Source of the DNA: Chrysochromulina tobinii
Taxonomy: Eukaryota
Reading direction: 5' to 3'
Assembly (NCBI GenBank): GCA_001275005.1
Contig: JWZX01003385.1
Location: 62,001 to 98,159 of the forward strand
Length of the DNA stretch: 36,159 bases
Made by a program: the position numbers and the translations under genes. Below, one piece after another: positions 32,434-36,159 of the stretch. The notes below the pieces were generated by a model. The model saw only the letters and a program-made list of their open reading frames with translations, was not told the origin of the DNA and did no database searches. Every line of letters begins with the position of its first letter. The stretch's first letter is position 1.

Positions 32434-33693
32434 TCAACGCAATAACTCTTGACTTCTAGTACCAGCAGCAAGAGCATCGGAGAAGAGGGGCTCGGTCGCA
32501 TTCGGAAGCCTATAGGACTTGCGAATCGCCACAGATGGCAATGCAGCAGGCCAATGAGACATGCGCCCCAGAAAAGCCAAACCATGCCTCGATGCCCCTT
32601 GGCGAAACCACGCATCGACTGACGCGAGGTCGCAACAACCTTTGCGTGTCGGCCAGTGCGAGCAGCATGGGCTGCCAAATCGGCAGCAAGGATAGCCGTA
32701 GAGAGTCACGTTGTCAGCGCTAACAGGGAATAGGTGATGACGGCCCTCAGCCAACAAGAGCGGTGGGGACGAGCGAATCGATGACGCACGCTCGCGCGGA
32801 ACAGCGAGGATGTTACGGCAATCCAGTGGTAGCCCGCAAACCTCCTCCACAAGCAACGTCTCGTAGCTGAGGGTGTCGTCAAGGTATTGCAGGATCGCAC
32901 GTGCGTCACGCGGTCGTCTGTGTGGATAAATCTCGACGGTGAAGACCGGCCGATCTCGTAGAATCGCATTCTTTCCGCCCTGGAGAAGCTTGAGCTCGCC
33001 ACCCTCCACGTCGAAATGAGCGAATGCCAGGTGCTCGTGCTTCCACGCACCCGTTTCATTCAGGAGCAAGTCATCAAGCTTGTAGACATGAAACGAACCC
33101 GCCTTAATGTCTGCATCTCTGCGTGCAGTGGAAAGTCGCATATCAATATCTTGCAAGCTAACACCAACTGGGGCAGGTGTATTGGGACCTCTCATTGTCA
33201 TGTCACGATCTGTATTGCCCAGACCGCCGTGCAGAATGCGCAGGTTGGTCAACGCGGCGTACTTCTTTTGTATGTGCTGCACGTTTAATAGAGATGGCTC
33301 GACGGCATGCACAACTCGATCAGACTGCAAGCTGGCGTACATGCACGAGTCCTGTCCATCGTTTGCTCCAGCATCGAGTATGCTCCCTCTCGTGAGCACC
33401 CCGGGTTCCCGCAGTATGGCATAGACGATGGCTCTGAAGATTGGTTCTAGGGGATCAAGCTCACAGATTGTATCTGCCATGCCCTTGGGCTCCATTGCGT
33501 ACGGCTTTGCCCTGCGATCGGGGAGCACAGCGCATGGCTGATTGTGTGCCGTCATATTGGAAGCGCCTTCTTCGCAGCTCGAGAAGAGTTCTCTGTGGCG
33601 CTTTCCATAAGTGGCTGGCAATAGAAGGATGACCAATCGGATGCACCATGCAGCAGTACAGGGTGTTGCACATGCAGTTGATGATGAGGGCAT
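32434..33693 (-). CDS. FkbM-family (Methyltransf_21) SAM-dependent methyltransferase, probably secreted or membrane-anchored
   Basis: ILDAGANDG, VHAVEPS, GGLG, YKLDDL, FAHFDVEGGELKLLQGG...ILRDRPVFTVE. Hydrophobic N-terminus and Cys-rich tail (YPCC...PCC...GCC). Start approximate. Confidence 0.85.
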   Translation of the reverse strand: MPSSSTACATPCTAAWCIRLVILLLPATYGKRHRELFSSCEEGASNMTAHNQPCAVLPDRRAKPYAMEPKGMADTICELDPLEPIFRAIVYAILREPGVLTRGSILDAGANDGQDSCMYASLQSDRVVHAVEPSLLNVQHIQKKYAALTNLRILHGGLGNTDRDMTMRGPNTPAPVGVSLQDIDMRLSTARRDADIKAGSFHVYKLDDLLLNETGAWKHEHLAFAHFDVEGGELKLLQGGKNAILRDRPVFTVEIYPHRRPRDARAILQYLDDTLSYETLLVEEVCGLPLDCRNILAVPRERASSIRSSPPLLLAEGRHHLFPVSADNVTLYGYPCCRFGSPCCSHWPTRKGCCDLASVDAWFRQGASRHGLAFLGRMSHWPAALPSVAIRKSYRLPNATEPLFSDALAAGTRSQELLR

Positions 33694-33859
33694 CGAGAAT
33701 GAGACTCGGATACGCCGGCACATCCGCAACCGAATGCCGCCATTTTTCGACAAGTGGGAGACGCACCGCGCTGTACCGGTAAAAAATGAACCGGTAACCG
33801 TACCCGGTAGTCTATTTGCAGGAGGCCCCTCGGGCGTGGAAGCGAACTGTGCACCGTAA

Positions 33860-35776
33860 ATGTGGGTCCTCGTCCACCTCTTGCACTTGCTGACCTCCAT
33901 CGACACCCAATTTTCGGACTGGGTGAAGGCCAACCATCACGCATATCCAACTCCCGCCGATGCCGCCGCGCGCAAGGCCAACTTCGCCGCCAATCTGGCT
34001 CGCATCGAGGCGTCCAACGACGCGGTCAATGCCTCTCGTGCCGTCGGCCCGATTGAGGTTCCTGCACTGAGAGTGATGATTGTCGGTGGCTCGCGTGGAA
34101 TTGGCTATCAGCTTACAAAACAGTATGCCGAGCGCGGTCATGATGTGCATACTACCTACCGAGAGCACGTGCCGCCAAGTCTACAGCAGCTGACGGCCGC
34201 CCATGCAAGCGTTCGATTGCACATGCTTGAGGTTACCAACCATACGCAAATCTCGCAGATGGTAGCCGACATTGGCGCGCTTGCAATCGATACCCTCATC
34301 CATGCCGCTGGAGTGAACCATGGCAACGTATCAGAACAGCTAGCAATCAACGCAGATGCACCATTTGATGTGGTCACTGCACTGCTTCCCGCTGTGCTGC
34401 GCAGTGTGCCAAGGCGTGTTTGCATCATTACAAGCGACCTGGGAACGCCCAATCAGATGCGCCGATATGCTCCACCGGGTTCACGCTTGCATGCATATGC
34501 GCTGTCAAAGAAGGCAGCTAACGACCGCTTCCGCGCTGAAGAACCTGCATGGCGAAAACTCGGTATCACGGCAGTTACCATGCAACCTGGATTCGTACAA
34601 ACCGACATGAACAATGGAACCGGCAAGATGACTGCGGTGGAGAGCGCCCGCGACATTATCGCAGCTCTGAAAGGTCTCACTGCCGATCAGGCGGGCAGCT
34701 TTATCCGCCACGACGGAAGGACACTATCATGGGAGACGGGTCTTCCCACGAGGCAACGACGTACTTCCAGCGGTGCTGCGATGGCTTCTTCAACCGGCGG
34801 TGCTCGCAAGACCCATCCATCTGCTGGGAACGCTCCTGTTCCAGTGAGTCGTCGAACGACTGCTGACCCTTGGGTACCTTTGGAGGGCAGATCTATTTCC
34901 GAACTCTTTGCGCTCAACCCTGACCCGCTGGGCGCGCTTAGCCGCGGGGAAGTGCCTGCAGTCATCATAAGAGGTGCCTTGCAGGCAGACGACCGACGTT
35001 TCGTGATGCATCGGCTCATGGACCCAAGCACAACTAAAAGGCTCTGGACATGGTCAAACAGTTACGCAGATATGGGTGCCAACCTGGCGTGGCACCTCGA
35101 CAAAGGCAAGGCACCCGTAAAGTACACGAAGACGGTTGCAAAGTATGACAAGATCTACAAACAGTATGATCTTGAGCGCCCCTTTCAAATCCTTCACAGG
35201 ACTCTTCGGTCACTTGGAGCGGGTCGCACCGTGGCCACTGGTGTCGATCTCGCGACCAATATGAGTTTCGGCCGAGGCATATTTCGGCAATTGATGAACC
35301 GGCATACCTTTCCCCTGCACCTTGATAGCCTTCGGGCCCACCGGGTTGGTGCGCGTGCATGTGAGGGTTCGGGGCAGCAGGCAAACGCGAAGCGTCACCT
35401 ACAGCAAGCTCGACGTAACGCCGCGTACGAAGACATTTACCGTTTTGAACAACAGCTCGCAGCACTAGTGCTTCTGCAGCGCTCAGAGATGCCAGGCGCA
35501 GAGTTGTCGGCTTATGATCTGCACTTGGATGAGCTCATGGGAGACTGCACAATCGCTACAAGTCCTTCGGGCCACAATGTAGTAATATCGCATGATAACG
35601 CCTCTGCTCTTCAAGCACGGTTGAGGTTTTGTCCTTTGAGCATCAACGAGGGCGACTTGTACTTGATCAATGTGAACCGGCTGCACGTGGTGCACCCTGT
35701 CGTGGGGTCGAAGAGTCGCGTCGTCCTAGGATCTTTCGTGGGGTATAGCTCGAGCGAGCTGAAAGTCTGGTCGTAA
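33860..35776 (+). CDS. Fusion protein: signal peptide, partial cathepsin propeptide (I29)-like segment, classical SDR (CsgA/C-factor-like), and 2OG-Fe(II) oxygenase-like domain; 638 aa
   Basis: FSDWVKANHHAYPTPADAAARKANFAANLARIEASN; GGSRGIG, LIHAAGV, YALSK (YxxxK), PGFVQTDM; FPLHLD...GDLYLINVNRLHVVHPVVGSKSRVVLGSFVG...WS (HxD...H...R). Confidence 0.8.
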   Translation: MWVLVHLLHLLTSIDTQFSDWVKANHHAYPTPADAAARKANFAANLARIEASNDAVNASRAVGPIEVPALRVMIVGGSRGIGYQLTKQYAERGHDVHTTYREHVPPSLQQLTAAHASVRLHMLEVTNHTQISQMVADIGALAIDTLIHAAGVNHGNVSEQLAINADAPFDVVTALLPAVLRSVPRRVCIITSDLGTPNQMRRYAPPGSRLHAYALSKKAANDRFRAEEPAWRKLGITAVTMQPGFVQTDMNNGTGKMTAVESARDIIAALKGLTADQAGSFIRHDGRTLSWETGLPTRQRRTSSGAAMASSTGGARKTHPSAGNAPVPVSRRTTADPWVPLEGRSISELFALNPDPLGALSRGEVPAVIIRGALQADDRRFVMHRLMDPSTTKRLWTWSNSYADMGANLAWHLDKGKAPVKYTKTVAKYDKIYKQYDLERPFQILHRTLRSLGAGRTVATGVDLATNMSFGRGIFRQLMNRHTFPLHLDSLRAHRVGARACEGSGQQANAKRHLQQARRNAAYEDIYRFEQQLAALVLLQRSEMPGAELSAYDLHLDELMGDCTIATSPSGHNVVISHDNASALQARLRFCPLSINEGDLYLINVNRLHVVHPVVGSKSRVVLGSFVGYSSSELKVWS

Positions 35777-35784
35777 TAAACGAG

Positions 35785-35850
35785 GGTTGCCCACATGGCG
35801 TTAACGATGGTTGCCCACATCGGGCGTGGTTGCCCACATGTTACCCACAT
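35785..35850. repeat. Clustered short direct repeats GGTTGCCCACAT x3 plus GTTACCCACAT
   Basis: Copies at 35785, 35809, 35828 and 35840, just after the fusion-gene stop. Confidence 0.85.
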
Positions 35851-36159
35851 GACGTCTTGACGACGTGTTATATAAGCCCTCCCGCAGGCTCCCCTCCCAC
35901 GTCCCGGCCGGGGGCGGTTGGCGTTGGACGAGGACTAAGGCACGTGCGCCCAAGCCGCAAGCGGAAACCTGTGTGGGGCCCCGACGGCCAGCTGGGGGTT
36001 ACACGGGCGTTCACGGGCGGCGAACCGGCGATCGGTCCGGTCCGGAACGGCCTCGAGAACGGCCTACGTACGGTAGGCCCGGGTAGTCTGCGCACTCGGC
36101 GGGGTGCTCGTCGCGAGCGCGGGGGCGCGACCGGGGGCTAGGGCGGGCGTCGCGACGGC

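Noticed and set aside
34860..35776. Halogenase assignment for the 2OG domain
   Set aside because: The metal-binding motif is HLD (HxD), not the HxG/HxA found in 2OG-dependent halogenases.
35785..35850. Repeat cluster considered as CRISPR or RFX X-box
   Set aside because: Repeats and spacers are too short and irregular for CRISPR; the palindromic second half of an X-box is missing.

Overview
GC-rich, gene-dense eukaryotic nuclear DNA with short GT-AG introns and no prokaryotic operon, rRNA, tRNA or CRISPR signal. The source is probably a flagellated alga with a complex plastid, most likely a haptophyte. This is inferred from the bipartite-targeted long-form IspG, the ciliary genes and ~10-nt repeat introns. 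About 17 genes: ispG/HDS (5'-truncated), ARMC3-like, a small basic protein, UBC13 (3 introns), a GH43-like propeller, a DxD glycosyltransferase, NDUFA4/B12D-like, two Tim44/MAIP1-like genes, a coiled-coil+TBC RabGAP, a bZIP factor, an EF-hand-like/dynein-MTBD-like giant, a FET-type RRM protein, IQUB, a tandem cNMP-binding protein, an FkbM methyltransferase and an I29-SDR-2OG-oxygenase fusion. Fourteen genes form seven head-to-head pairs. Most notable: (1) an 89-nt intron built like an insertion, with a 19-bp exon duplication supplying the GT, seven 10-nt units, and a 7-bp inverted end supplying the AG; (2) a lower-GC intronless block carrying the three-domain fusion enzyme; (3) four genes each broken by a single extra base, most likely assembly error. 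All domain calls come from reading motifs by eye; no database searches were run.
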